A DNA stretch of 64,000 nucleotides from an uncultured bacterium (GCA_965366625.1 CBDUGP010000022.1:21165-85164); one strand, 5' to 3'. Counted from the stretch's first letter, positions 45,801 through 50,373 are shown. The notes: generated by a model from the sequence alone, not told the origin. Numbers and translations are program-made.

Positions 45801-47072
45801 GTCGCGCAGCTCGGTGGTGCCGGAATCCGCCCATAGGCCGCCACCGCTTTGGTCCGCCAGCCATTGCATGGCCAAGGGCAGGTTGACGTCGCTGCCGCCC
45901 AGGGGCAGCTCCCCCTGCTCGCCGACCTGCACCACGCCGCGCCCTAGGGTCTGGCGGAAGAAGGAGCCTTGCCAGAAAGTCCTAAGGTCGTCGAGAAACG
46001 AAACGTCTTGGGTCGAATAGGGCTCGTCCGGGTCGACGAGAAAAATCATGCCGATACGAAATTCATGGTCGCTGTCGATGTCGTCGGGAAAACGCGCGCC
46101 TTCCGCACGGATCACGTCGTCGACGGTCAACGTGCGCTCGGTCGCCTCGATGGTGGCGCCGAGGGACGGTATTTGGGTGACGTCGATCGCGTCGTTTTCC
46201 AACAGGCTGAACGGCGGCACCGCCGATGGTGGGGTCATGCCCATCAAATAGAGGGAGAGCGGGCTGAATCGACGACGCACGGAAGTAGCTGTAAAGGTGC
46301 CATCGCCATTGTCGGTCCACTGACTGCCGTACATGAAATCGTCGACACCGTAGAGGTAGCTCCAATGGGAGCCGTCCCGGCCCAACAAGTCGTCCGTGGG
46401 CCCAGAGCCGTCGTCCACTTGGGGATGCACCAACCAGCGGTGACCGAGTTCGTGATTGATGATCTGCCGCACCCGCTCCTGATCCAAGGAGCCGTCGGGC
46501 AGCCGGTAGTCGGGCAAATACATGCCGTCGATATAACCTTCGAGCCCCTCGCTGCCGAATTCCTCCGACAAATCGAAAACATCCACACCGATGCCTTCGT
46601 CATCGTTGGCGATGCTCCAATAAAGTCCACGCGCCTCGCCGGCGTCCCATTGGAAGTTGGTGAAGACCAGGACGAAGTCGAATCGGTCGGGATTATTCGC
46701 CAGAAACGACCGAGTTACCCATTGGCGGGCCGCCACATTCGAGGCCCCCGACACATCCCGGTCGTAGGGTCCGTCGTAGGAAAAAGGCAGAACGTAAACA
46801 TCGTCTTGCCACACTCCGGCACCCAGGGGCATGGAGCCCTTGCCGGCGTCCGCAGCGGCGAGCAGGCCGTCGACCACCATGCGATGATCGATCACGCAAC
46901 TGTCCGTATGCCGGTGGGTCGACGAGGATTCGGTCGACGAGGATTGGGTCGATGAGGATTGGGTCGACGAGGATTGGCCGGCATCAGGGGCGGCCGCCAT
47001 TTGCCCCACGTTCAAACCGAATAAGAGCAGACACAGAAGCAACGACACGGAAAGAGCACGCAAGCGCATCAT
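24300..47072 (-). CDS. Giant 7590-aa exported protein: HEXXH domain, prenyltransferase/squalene-cyclase-like barrel, CARDB, FlgD-Ig-like, TolB-like propellers, Ig/FN3, internal IPTL-CTERM, then transglutaminase-like and alpha/beta-hydrolase domains
   Basis: Open frame of 22.8 kb with an N-terminal signal peptide. HELGH at 46440-46454; QxxDGGW repeats about 45150-45870; several ...DPxxxIxExDxxNN CARDB ends; (I/L)FSP(N/V)xDG...WDG units; IPTL at 31011-31022; GNDADQA at 30054-30074; AHSLG at 25002-25016. Confidence 0.85.
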   Translation of the reverse strand: MMRLRALSVSLLLCLLLFGLNVGQMAAAPDAGQSSSTQSSSTQSSSTESSSTHRHTDSCVIDHRMVVDGLLAAADAGKGSMPLGAGVWQDDVYVLPFSYDGPYDRDVSGASNVAARQWVTRSFLANNPDRFDFVLVFTNFQWDAGEARGLYWSIANDDEGIGVDVFDLSEEFGSEGLEGYIDGMYLPDYRLPDGSLDQERVRQIINHELGHRWLVHPQVDDGSGPTDDLLGRDGSHWSYLYGVDDFMYGSQWTDNGDGTFTATSVRRRFSPLSLYLMGMTPPSAVPPFSLLENDAIDVTQIPSLGATIEATERTLTVDDVIRAEGARFPDDIDSDHEFRIGMIFLVDPDEPYSTQDVSFLDDLRTFWQGSFFRQTLGRGVVQVGEQGELPLGGSDVNLPLAMQWLADQSGGGLWADSGTTELRDSAEALEALGRAGGYFDTVEDAIRLLDNRSAGAAALRYRKLESLALYSDNQNLIEDLADEAAAEQGPDGGWAAYSRYTADAVTTARAVRALATTGRDGVAETGWQWLVDQQRADGGWGWQPGSPSSVPVTLEVLLAARVVDPEGFWLQPAVESGVAWLLARRVDGGFGDLYPTAAQTALFLQLVLDQPIDQGFVQGAIDFLAAHQSADGSWESSSYKTAAAIKALVAYLLPDPYVDAAEVFATPEDPFDGEGFNLIAAVRNGGADLSTGTEYEWQIYRADDTLALVIPGLLPFLGEVGFTTIDDAVPGDNLPPGNYIVRLVIDPLRKLSQKTRDNDTAEISFRVRTHPEGIDLAMTDGDLLLTPDQVNAVPTAVTVQGIVHNQGLTDAGSAELVVFDGNPADNRRLGSTNVAVASLSQSPFSLDVVLTEARPYLLTVVADPDRLLQDADRFNNSASRQMVLRLEPDLEIRDGGVVATPPAPAVGELVRIDAEIWNGGTTTLGNFQVAFSYTYDGSDFLIQQLAVDGPLAPGESVVVGVDWVPNVGGTLPVTVVADPQGVIGDLDPADNTQILMLAVGASPLANLRVTDESFAFVADPPLQGQTAQITVAIDNPSANDAGPFSAELWLDAIDTGVLLVNQAYAGLAAGGSVDLTSPWYIADPEDRLVYVLVDRVGEVDELDESDNQAFVEPDVQTLPDLAVTGGGIDLTPDFPQVGDSLHLDVRVANPGDQPSPASLLEWLDASGTVLDSVTIPALDGHSEVTLPLDWNPGALSGELDLSVRVNRADLFPEGDYANNVASISVGIQSGDLFISSQIFSPNGDGVRDSTRISFRNGADTVFIFGPRGDLTRTLSVDDGDQAVIWDGLNDRGNLARDGLYQVRVDDLESWVVLDNNLFAVTSELDQLLLTGFISPRVPGYEEERSYFTSMVRSAVVEELYVVERYHAAGTSSSDDEILLQKWNGDDLIELGEYTVGLPLLSANLQGDTFLAGYLGDGPFAIVRYPDNLIQPLDPPDEVGLDPWLSPDGRWVVWASDWQDRLMIQDLENPGSPFEFDAGFYSGNNPCGYSIDWTHNHRANVVVGVNWGESYFYDISLAPEGSDDPPTVEVKGTDNYGGCGGGEIPSVTTADEGSKSAVGVSLYQGPDTATDFDAEQFVWVSSEGYGYYGAGGRAGQSRARGQGADENFRVVWADSSPSATSSPSATSSSSVTAGQKGIIPSALGDGAQGLQKGGYGGSDLNILVIGLQDGEQLEQGSIETQGPWWAPPPVTSVSNDGFVVAMSEEYYGCGADAGLGCVGAGGTGADSETSGRFGRPARLLIDDPEVEARHRAWAEAAAAKGSTKGEGGFRPQSLVDWRSGETRELPFYLDRAVWSPTDKYLVAHLDTAYELDGLLAYFTPAANLTVRLKPRVLFGDAGVDLWILATDRYMDNYRLEYADLNAPELVYEPIGLPSNELLFGESWGTWLPPANGTYRVRLTARDRAGNERAKWRRVVWNGDRDIANLYTENRYMSPRTSPGVKDQLVFHYSVLRPANLDFAIADSNGVVYRQLPVAADVVGPKTTTWDGNDDAGNPVPDGRYLLTYGAATWPIIVDNTPPEVVLRFADTHLAVEIPGDKQPADQDLWINEVFAAVRDDNLEEWQYQSFGRHSDGEWATESLGTETLEKDGDLAWRVVGAHQLVGSERRIIARDMAGNETITARGFRDERLVFTDSEPGCRTDNPPCAYPERPPLGAIGDSTGFLVGEDQILSSFYDTLLLQSTVQSDLSDLRLEYRPISLTGLPSGPWQPGEIEVSHDTVYRQFRTTDVSYATADRPVTVGDRLSAIYWNHPTLSMVSHEVRLRAGSDSGVEVISDPVLFRPEVPLLIEYLGLDENGDRFRVTNASAGIVRSIQLATREVDQFGNVYWQQRYAVIDRLLPGDFVEVSTGCVFVPLGNRLVRAQGSGDLGQEAISLNTGIQNREGYSRLFGGYFPATCAADGSSQLGRGFFGQEDQAPCDPGPAFPNYWVTTGQASPVDGRVPVDPTGALVQRYELLVNGVPRVTIDGPLLSWDYRQSLDLSSLGEGNHELTERYTYVDQPGLLGTCPQSFNVRIDRTPAVAQITEPLSQSVICPSDLTVDVTLDVEEVGSANHRIFLGERLVDSDHFCSPYSSATGFEIERDELSSGAFDLAARLVDQAGNASCTSIPVIIPDLPNIAMVVDPEIFSPVNGLGRPIVAEIGFTTGTPGTYEVQVTDTAGTVLKSYPPGGTDGVEELLFAWDGTDLGGLDVADGIYRAAVTARSPCGAEQTESLPFELDKTPPAVTLSSPEGGELVGSSLEFFGSVTDKNFQRFELQVLWLDGAGDWQPVAGSSREVPGPEQGLGTWNTGSHPPGEYLVRVYAFDEPGNEAWSSEIPVTLRPRNFIRRFMREPELFSPNVDGVLDEVEIEYELIQDALITLTVVDGDDLVVATLTDGELQAGAATVGDGIHALWDGISDAFAVVADGDYTLVILAEDPLVPPTLESEEERLSIIVDTVPPALEVISPRPNSLSGLPLQVVGSQDELHPDTWNLDLQSLESDREPIATGSGVFESRVLDELTNRADGEYLSTFSAVDAAGNSAQKSVIFTIDNTAPAVQIFKPQGGAVINTINESLGLEGEVIEDHLVSYVWSYAPGAMPDDGDFMTLAEDNLLPADGLVSFDWDASGLDDGPYTLRLSATDEPGRTAEVRRIFTVDNTPPDVSIDLPLDGAVIADDTDVLGAVDDANMLSWVLNLKPEGGDLLPPIAAGAANEAGLLAPWTALPVDGEYRLELEAEDRAGNRSETSVSVTVSVAPPQPPILLSAEPNVRDVTLVWQAGAGPAPSAYLVYRDGEEIAGPIVGTTLVDPALADGSYVYTVTALVANGTESDPSNALTATINLNLPVAHISVPSDGDRISDLVQIFGTAHRDTGLSVWRLWVRSAPAGAWQPLNSGSASVLADELGQWDTALPQFPNGFYDLKLEVDDIFGNRATAQINVEVDNEAPVAPVLTFAAATILGGDGVTDDIHVEWMLDPAPADLAGYYLYRNSLLANAPGPVVGSQEPFLIDGTAYDDQDLPDGTYVYFVTAADTADNESAASNESDPITIDTRRPHAIIIDPPDGTEFEESVLLTAETPDLDVESVQFEVQADGTTDWLPLGPALSRRPYVMDFAPATSGLYHLRAVASDALGPDPAPESISLTEIDLAPPSPAELTVRVDGGDIHLTWTAVPDTHGDLAGYLVYRGGDLLTPTALPLTQLTYDDLGLADGYYNYQVTAIDEGDNESAASPWRNGVVMTPTFDFVDPISESPGRSLNGYSERYFESIELQRFVAPDTWQTLAAFASEFEGVTFPTVSLSQGFNTLRYRGEDSDGNRSRWSRELVLVSHPRPTPPANMTAIAAGADVTVDWTESGEPVSFGYALDRDGTPLMDPPASYPYDGAGGHVLSASGGDNADWLRAVDGDTGTSWMPDTDTIDAGTVWQWTWADPKLITEMNLRWGSYARRFSVEVLVDGHWLWWYYRSYNSSTNLYLDLYLPVEGVRVSVPPGSYYCPSCSIAEVGLIGFDLLAPPQVDSGVASGAHEYSALEVNRFGQFSEPSNAIALVSTDPPNPPTGLLAAAGACGAIDLEWQAPSPLPPVLLGYRLYRSADGTVFAPIAMPSSSDLAYVDSGLGLDATFHYRLTTLALESGLEVESAPSNVADATTECTTPPAPELLEPTIAGVPVIWPVPIADVGGRAYPGSLVTLFRDGLDVGVLMLPAAQPMSTVTLDDFDYNAVSFSADQRRIAFDSYGSQEGVSVVDLDSGETWTFFGDEPYEAALDPSGQTLVFLDWNDGWNLFSANLADRSVRQLTTRGGYSSARFSHDGRTLFAVGEDDSSGRTQVLYRDVRSGAETVLFQSYSSISHLAQSPDGRFLVAAFYYGQPLVIDLVEGGAQFVGDYDSLGMSSSPFSPDGSRFVYSQPGGYVEGARLKVVDLETGLVQDVSAADGEFAAVWLDDRTLAYFEIHPVDSDLFSLKTRSMIDGSETVLAADLDRYALPWGDGGPWDLMRTDDGALWLTQDEQLQRRFQPSGTFVLPDVELAVGTNTFVARQELGADVQESLPIEVIVDPDAFGDAEVRSITATPAFPVTGTTVAIDGVARNAGAVELEGLVASLIRTAPSGASDVVVSETFDLASGATRRVRFLWDTTGQEGDFRWRLVLDPADLLVELDETNNVEEMVVPVRETLGAHAEIATDRPAYFLGENAAITAQVTVNDGPAPTLVTLSIEDANGVWVTDVDSWQDETFGYETRVTNSGWSVSGIYPGDYQAVVTVQRAGVEAARASAAFTVGARVAAEVTGSTDRPTYRRGAGANLLARVLNIGDATLRDATVELTVVAVSGLEIARGTEVASTSVPVIALPVGDLLPTPWALDTSPIPPGNYAFTARVVDEPGAELASSEPVGFVITAAGAELQGSVAVAPVSAEPDEGPFTITATVENFGDAPLNDVVVKVDVIDPVRNAVVGHAEAAATSFGAGQSRPFTWDVPLSVSYLQSYLVSLTAERPAAQVGGTVEEPLATSSLLLVDRTPPVVDLLEPTTEIVCSESMLVRVRAIDELSSVFRVFFHLDDSDHDLPLPRESVESEIFSSRVVIDPDRLDPYRVEVFAEDTVNNISTGVAVDFLPTIDDTPPTLDLSGPAEGACVSSAAFTWIADDQQLDSVVATLDGLTYVAGEPVVGDGEHLFELLAVDGCRLSTTASRSFLLDATAPEITVDGVVEGGSYETSVTAQWTMLDVNLTVSSALLDGQPVSSPLVVDTVGDHVLALSATDCAGNVSTVTVAFEVTAQGGLDVGGLLYLPEEVFVGVPLKVDAQVSNLSTGDLPDAQLSLLLVDPETSAVIDSLVVVQTVPMDDQVVLIHSFDTIDLVPGTYRVELHAAGDFGGVPYDLELSRADVEVRAGLEIPTLGPGLLMLLTVLLALAGAVILRRRDAVSRQTEVGLEREVMSQSSVGGRARRSSKGDPSKGYPSQGWVWLGLALLPVWPGLGSPLQAQSATQSGSAAQGESCYGHFPALAKMAQAQLDALPTKSSAVDRELLLEEFIWQEELAHQRQVLARAGGDVDSRLDELEQSAGEKLQALKRAIGEKASLSSQELSELLACAGGSREASPISSRLAPKFDEALVARAPSDRRAFPEGYLAKPSSELIEATAVARKRRVQTQEKSLRFRKAEIVRPDYLAEKVVELAGDPVAIYNFVLQDIRAGHYYGGIKGPEAVLRSGEGNDADQAGLLAELMRLAGFPARLAWGPQQIPTAALLDHFGAANVPALERVLTAAGIGWSPVISGGRPVAYVLDRVWAEVYLPYANYRGVVLDDSGATWLALDPQLKTFDRSVASDPLLDQMAFDADAFFDSYLAGDVCSRPLEQAGACPMPSALVEQEVDGYLGAGQYPQVTAPELLAEQQGEVLPPGMVGVVLGVDGFGLDLADSLTHRVRLRARDGSRVIFDRTVPVADLSGQEATLWYVPATAADEQIVAANGHRLWNTPPYLVNVRLELRTDGEPLVPASLPIAMGRPFELEMTLTSPTVGSTSFVNDHRAGIAAGLGFGAGAEAYAPPNGEPQNTLELLAAMASDYLSAVDDFGARMARLEGLTRVFPRPSVVTVGSLVEPQGSLGLIESLEYKSVFVDADIHSGRLVGDGGTEDRRVAGRWLALTQLEASARERELFEVQGMAAMSADLALALAADRGITVHRIDSANLGTLLPTLPFDSAVLDEIEGWVLAGGEALVPAEAMSFVDWTGVGYVLLDPLTGERRYQISGTLSGGMLAVPWFEVVEGTRVPLSRPHSGPVNRRGEEAVGGKIFDGNLQLATVGETLSDGDYIAFKVEVFDVDQVPVQGAEVTFTVLTGGGSTASGSVVSDSTGLASVDFTLGTKTDESPYYLLFPEEDHSTRAGLNVVAVEVNGHAVPDLFYAIGAPDEVADLEQPYGQTLNGLPHLSLGTPVLALPVDQYGNPISNQDVVFTLNGSPGGEGKGPELISREDKLGCRPGTVIAGECSAGTTVTDDGGVSGVWAWLVLGEDDSYTVTASATGEDGGSAEVSFTGQVRKDWVPGEVFVGFPVLRVSGRGQPSGGEGVGSIEAYPPGETSVPLQVNVHVVREDFGVEACGEDYCRVPLGTFKATRLGESPAPECLPDSCGGGTLDERVQIAFNGAGGGATVSSPDGDGLYSYAVPLPSTPGRYEITATPTAWVGVPVIPDDASHFEAVEPCTEDPLCGGKFEILEVSDENWRSTYVLWSVTGQVTTPTPVVLLGHDGNHEEDTVFNYQIQPSNYPALNTYMFFVEDGTIPFLAQTDGTGDGTATLPQGEMFDHPEGDHEVLMALNVGWVWSPRAGVDVPLTVMSEPEPFSIALLDIDADSNNDDDIDEPQRDDLEEEIEEGDGDQGYGKFVYVNHDNDDGNGSASGDQIPDYADKQVDNEDNLVPLMVELRPEGGNWGAATLTFEYDGPPASQLPDNTGRLLGTKGSHSYYDFTEKKQGILRLWRIENQSDSKEPDLYIVPGTPYSASTFNFGPGNETIKVWVEALNGTQAGGELVTADVTVKLTFEGSEAEQTIRFTPVEANLAVNNSSDGSGGGYNYIRPGVPDGLGWTIDEYDEMMEDQGDGYRFWTSNTANSEAVNMGNIDDLSPLHLQIPAPLIEEGFDFTLQLVDTSRDVDIQLWKAPLNAVGEGLQYLSREDVAEDLIGGFFGGGIFSYSASMSVDYVLRSHERLELTPDETKTGYLFRVDPFASEDTVHEVQMNLLSREKGESDWHTVDSIRMTLEHLNHFFSLWSARGSPSARFTNYKTECHPETSCDAGGGVNTIPHFLYPEAEHVPGTAMPDTDKTQYFMPVHGFNVDLEGAKASFQIVTKRMFWLGFRGNVVGFTWEGDENAPISYIDNVDNSFRSSQSFRELIENKIVGEWGGEAQNIYVMAHSLGNQVVYDALRQHAVDTSGILFRNLYSVEPAIWQEVFWPQQPYSYGLLGGSGGVGGIPDLYGIPITYDEDDLRCDSWTFWFNQEQHSTKESATKLVHSWAWKDYALELMRIDDYAKRNPWVHYDREEGSPTCWRAPVAGQGQPALSNDSPAMMSPRLPERGPIPTSLPDVIRVAYEATQLLIPAGSVENVMTPNNVDATDLNWDFYGHSDFQTSGFPVIYQWYYEVPGQTPRERE
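30942..31022 (-). other. IPTL-CTERM-like sorting signal located internally in the giant ORF
   Basis: IPTLGPGLLMLLTVLLALAGAVILRRR, i.e. IPTL motif, TM helix and basic cluster, ending near residue 5377 of 7590. Confidence 0.8.
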
Positions 47073-47677
47073 TGATCTCCCCCGGTCTCGTCCGCTTGTC
47101 CGTCAGAGCCGTTCTCCGGCACCTCGACTTGGCGCGGGGCCACCAAAGGCGCAAAAGCAACCCCCGACTCGCCGTCCGATTGGCCTTGCCCAGACCCGGA
47201 GTTCACCTTGCCGCTGTCCTCGGACCAAGGTGAATAAACCGTCTCGTGGTCCAACAGCTCCGGACCCACCGCCCGTGGAATTCGGGCCGAAAGCACGGTC
47301 ACCGTCACCTCACCGTCGGGCCTCTTCTCAATCTTCACCAAGCGGTCGGGGATCGGCACCGCCGCCTCGGACGTCGAGCCGGGGCCGGATCCCTTCGGTC
47401 CTTGGATCAGGATCGCGTGTCGATCCGTGATTTCGAGCACCCGCAAACCCGGCTGTCCAGGCACCGCGTCACCCTTGCGCAGGACGTGGAAAAGCTCACC
47501 GCTTTGCACCACCACCTTGCCCTGGGGAAACATACAGCGAGCGACCTCAACACCGGGAAAGTGCTCGGAGAGTCGACCGACGACGCCAGTGTCGGCGACT
47601 GGGTCGGCGAAACTCGGCAACGAAATGAGGGTACAGGCCAGGAAGACGACTAGGCAGGGGTACGCACGGACGGACAT
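47069..47677 (-). CDS. Exported hypothetical protein, first gene of the giant operon (weak PilP/GspC-HR-like segment)
   Basis: Start re-called at ATG 47677 (GAGGAG RBS), with a signal peptide. Its TGA overlaps the giant's ATG (ATGA). Segment VVVQSGELFHVLRKGDAVPGQPGLRVLEITDRHAILI. Confidence 0.65.
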   Translation of the reverse strand: MSVRAYPCLVVFLACTLISLPSFADPVADTGVVGRLSEHFPGVEVARCMFPQGKVVVQSGELFHVLRKGDAVPGQPGLRVLEITDRHAILIQGPKGSGPGSTSEAAVPIPDRLVKIEKRPDGEVTVTVLSARIPRAVGPELLDHETVYSPWSEDSGKVNSGSGQGQSDGESGVAFAPLVAPRQVEVPENGSDGQADETGGDQ

Positions 47678-48211
47678 GGGGAGGCTCCTCGCGGCGGACA
47701 GACCGCGGACACACGGGAATCCCAGCACGACCCGCGTTCGCGAGGTTCAACGGACATTCAGACCAGGGCGGTCGGCACACATTGAGCCGCGATCGGGTTT
47801 CGAGCCGAGATCGGAAGGGACTCGGGACAAAATAAACTCGCGATTTCTGGCCCTGCCGCTTTTTTACCGAGTCGACAAGCGGTCTCCTCAATGGGGTCAG
47901 CAGGGGTAAAACTGACCACCGAGTCAACGCGCTTGGCGGGCAAGGGCCAACAGAGTCATAGACGAAACCGAAGGGAGACTTTACACAGACTGCCGCATCT
48001 TGGCAAGTATCTCCCCATCTACATGTCCACATAGGATCGGCAGATCAGTGGATCTGATCACTTTGCATCCGAAAAAGCGAAAGCTCTTCCGGCAGAATGC
48101 CGCACCTCGACGTACCCTGCTCACTCACAGGGTCCATCGCCCTACCCTTCTGACTTTACCCAACGGACAACTTTTCTAGACAAGGAAACCCACCCTCGGA
48201 GCAACAACCCA

Positions 48212-48501
48212 GAACAACTACCTGGTACCGGTCAACTTAGAACAACCAGAACAACTACCTGGTACCGGTCAACTCAGAACAACTACCTGGTACCGGTCTA
48301 CCCCGAACAACTACCTGGTTCCGGTCTACCCAGAACAACTACCTGGTACCGGTCTACCCCGAACAACTACCTGGTACCGGTCCAAACAAGGACCACGACC
48401 CGCCGGAACAACTACCTGGTTCCGGTCCAAACAGCAACACGACCCGCCGGAACAACTACCTGGTTCCGGTCCAAACAAGGACCCGGACAACTACCTGGTT
48501 C
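48212..48501 (+). repeat. Direct-repeat array of family-B 22-mer GAACAACTACCTGGTWCCGGTC
   Basis: Full copies start at 48212, 48249, 48277, 48305, 48333, 48361, 48406 and 48450, with a partial copy at 48487-48501. Start-to-start spacing is 37, 28, 28, 28, 28, 45, 44. Confidence 0.92.
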
Positions 48502-48666
48502 TGCCACAGCACGGTCTGCCGCCTCCCTGCCATGCAAATCTGAACGGGATTTTTGACCGCAAATTCGGATCACGATGCGGGTTTCGGACCCGGCTTTCGC
48601 GTTGCCAAATGAACCCCTCGGCACGCCGGTCTCACGGTGGGTCGCAATTCCCTTGGAGACCACCGC

Positions 48667-50373
48667 ATGTCCAGTTCTCGTTTTCCATTCGTTTCTCAAG
48701 CCAAGGTTCTGAGGACCTTCTGCCTATTCCTACTGGTCGGGTGCGGTTTCGCCCACCAACTCGCAGCCGACGAAGGCGCGGTTTACCGTATTTCTACCCC
48801 TGTCTCCGAGCTAGACGAGCTGCGCCGACAGGTCGATGTTTGGGCCTACTACCCCCTATCCGCCGAAGCGATCACCTTCCTGACCCCCGAGCAGCGCCAA
48901 TGGATGGAAGAGCGAGGTCTGGTTCCCCAGCTGGATGTCCAACGCACGGCGGAGCTGCGTCGTCATCGACCGAAGGCGGATCAGGTCGGCAGCGGTATCC
49001 CCGGCTTTTCTTGCTACCGCACCGTGGAGGAGACCTACGCGGATCTATTCGCGGCGGCCACGGCCAACCCGAATTTGGCCTCTTGGCTCGACATCGGCGA
49101 CAGCTGGCAGAAGACCGTCGGCCAGGGGGGTTACGACCATCGGGTTTTGGTGTTGACCAACCAGAACATCGCCGGTCCGAAACCCGTTTTCCTGCTGATG
49201 GCGGCCATGCATGCTCGGGAATACGCCACCGCTGAACTCGCCACCCGCTACGCCCTGCACCTACTCAACGGTTATGGAACCGACCCCGAGGCCACTTGGC
49301 TTTTGGATCATCGAGAGATCCACATCGTCGCCCAGCAGAATCCGGACGGGCGAAAGCGAGCGGAGACCGGTCTCTCCTGGCGTAAGAACACCAACAACGA
49401 CTTCTGCTCCGACAGCAACAATCGAGGTGTGGACCTCAATCGCAACAGCACTATCTTCTGGGGAGGCGGCGCCTCGAGCGGCTCCCAATGTAGCGAAACT
49501 TACCGCGGACCGTCGGCGGCTTCGGAGCCGGAAACCCAGACCATCGAGGACTATATGAACCAGGTCTTCCTCGACCAAAAGGGCGATATGGCGGATCCCG
49601 CGCCGGACACGGCCGAGGGGGTCTTCATTTCCGTGCACAGCTTCGGAGAGCTGGTGCTTTTCCCCTGGGAAGGCACCAACAACGACAGCCCCAACCATGC
49701 AGGTCTGCAGACCTTGGGTCGTCGATTCGGCTTCTACAACGATTATTCGGTTTGCCAGGATTGCTTGGGCACCGCCTCCGGCACCACGGTCGACGTGGCG
49801 TATGGCGAATACGGGGTCGCCGCCTACACCTTCGAGATCGGCAACACTTTCTTTGAGGGCTGCGTGGCATTCGAAAGCTCGATTTATCCCGACAACCTTC
49901 AAGCACTGATTTACGCCGCCAAAGTCGCTGATCGGCCGTATCAAAAACCTTCCGGCCCCGACGCGCTCAATCTTCAGCTATCGTCCCGCACCGCAGGGGT
50001 CGGTCAAACCGTGACCCTGCAAGCCACCCTCGACGACACCCGCTTCGACTCCAACGGTTTCGGCACCGAACCGGTGCAAAACATCAGCTCCGGGCGGGCG
50101 TCCTTCGACTTGGCCACCCTCGAGAGCGGCGGCGGCACGGCCCTCACCGCCGTGGACGGAGCCTTCGATGAAACCCAGGAAGAGGTGACCGGTAGCGTCG
50201 ACATCAGCGGCTTGTCCATCGGACAACATCTGCTCTTCGTGGTCGGCACCGACGAGTCGGGTCAGCAAGGTCCGCCCGGTGCCATTTTCGTCGACGTGAC
50301 GGTACCTTCGGAACTTTTCGCGGACGACTTTGAAGACGGCACCATGGCGGCTTGGTCCTCGGCAGAGCCGTGA
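48667..50373 (+). CDS. Secreted M14 zinc carboxypeptidase (carboxypeptidase T-like) with C-terminal Ig-like domain and FxDDFExG motif
   Basis: Start re-called at ATG 48667 (GGAG RBS). Motifs MHAREY (HxxE), WRKN, GVDLNRN, FISVHS and YTFE. Confidence 0.9.
   Translation: MSSSRFPFVSQAKVLRTFCLFLLVGCGFAHQLAADEGAVYRISTPVSELDELRRQVDVWAYYPLSAEAITFLTPEQRQWMEERGLVPQLDVQRTAELRRHRPKADQVGSGIPGFSCYRTVEETYADLFAAATANPNLASWLDIGDSWQKTVGQGGYDHRVLVLTNQNIAGPKPVFLLMAAMHAREYATAELATRYALHLLNGYGTDPEATWLLDHREIHIVAQQNPDGRKRAETGLSWRKNTNNDFCSDSNNRGVDLNRNSTIFWGGGASSGSQCSETYRGPSAASEPETQTIEDYMNQVFLDQKGDMADPAPDTAEGVFISVHSFGELVLFPWEGTNNDSPNHAGLQTLGRRFGFYNDYSVCQDCLGTASGTTVDVAYGEYGVAAYTFEIGNTFFEGCVAFESSIYPDNLQALIYAAKVADRPYQKPSGPDALNLQLSSRTAGVGQTVTLQATLDDTRFDSNGFGTEPVQNISSGRASFDLATLESGGGTALTAVDGAFDETQEEVTGSVDISGLSIGQHLLFVVGTDESGQQGPPGAIFVDVTVPSELFADDFEDGTMAAWSSAEP

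Noticed and set aside
45150-45870. Alpha-2-macroglobulin thioester domain or active squalene-hopene cyclase
   Set aside because: I found neither CGEQ nor DXDD; only the QxxDGxW barrel repeats are present.
25632-46955. Long plus-strand ORFs opposite the giant gene (e.g. 31101-33995, 39846-41075, 44550-45836)
   Set aside because: These are antisense shadow ORFs typical of GC-rich coding DNA, with no motifs, and they fully overlap a well-supported gene.
24300-47072. RHS/YD-repeat toxin or CdiA/filamentous haemagglutinin
   Set aside because: No YD repeats, PxxxxDPxG core end, TPS domain or haemagglutinin repeats are visible.
47730-48200. Riboswitch in the long leader of the giant operon
   Set aside because: Only short hairpins were seen (e.g. 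GGTCAG...CTGACC near 47895-47917), and I could not match a known aptamer consensus by eye. A covariance-model search would be needed.
48212-48501. CRISPR array
   Set aside because: Spacers are only 6-23 nt, are re-used and vary in length, and no cas genes are in the window. Kept as a RAYT-associated repeat array.
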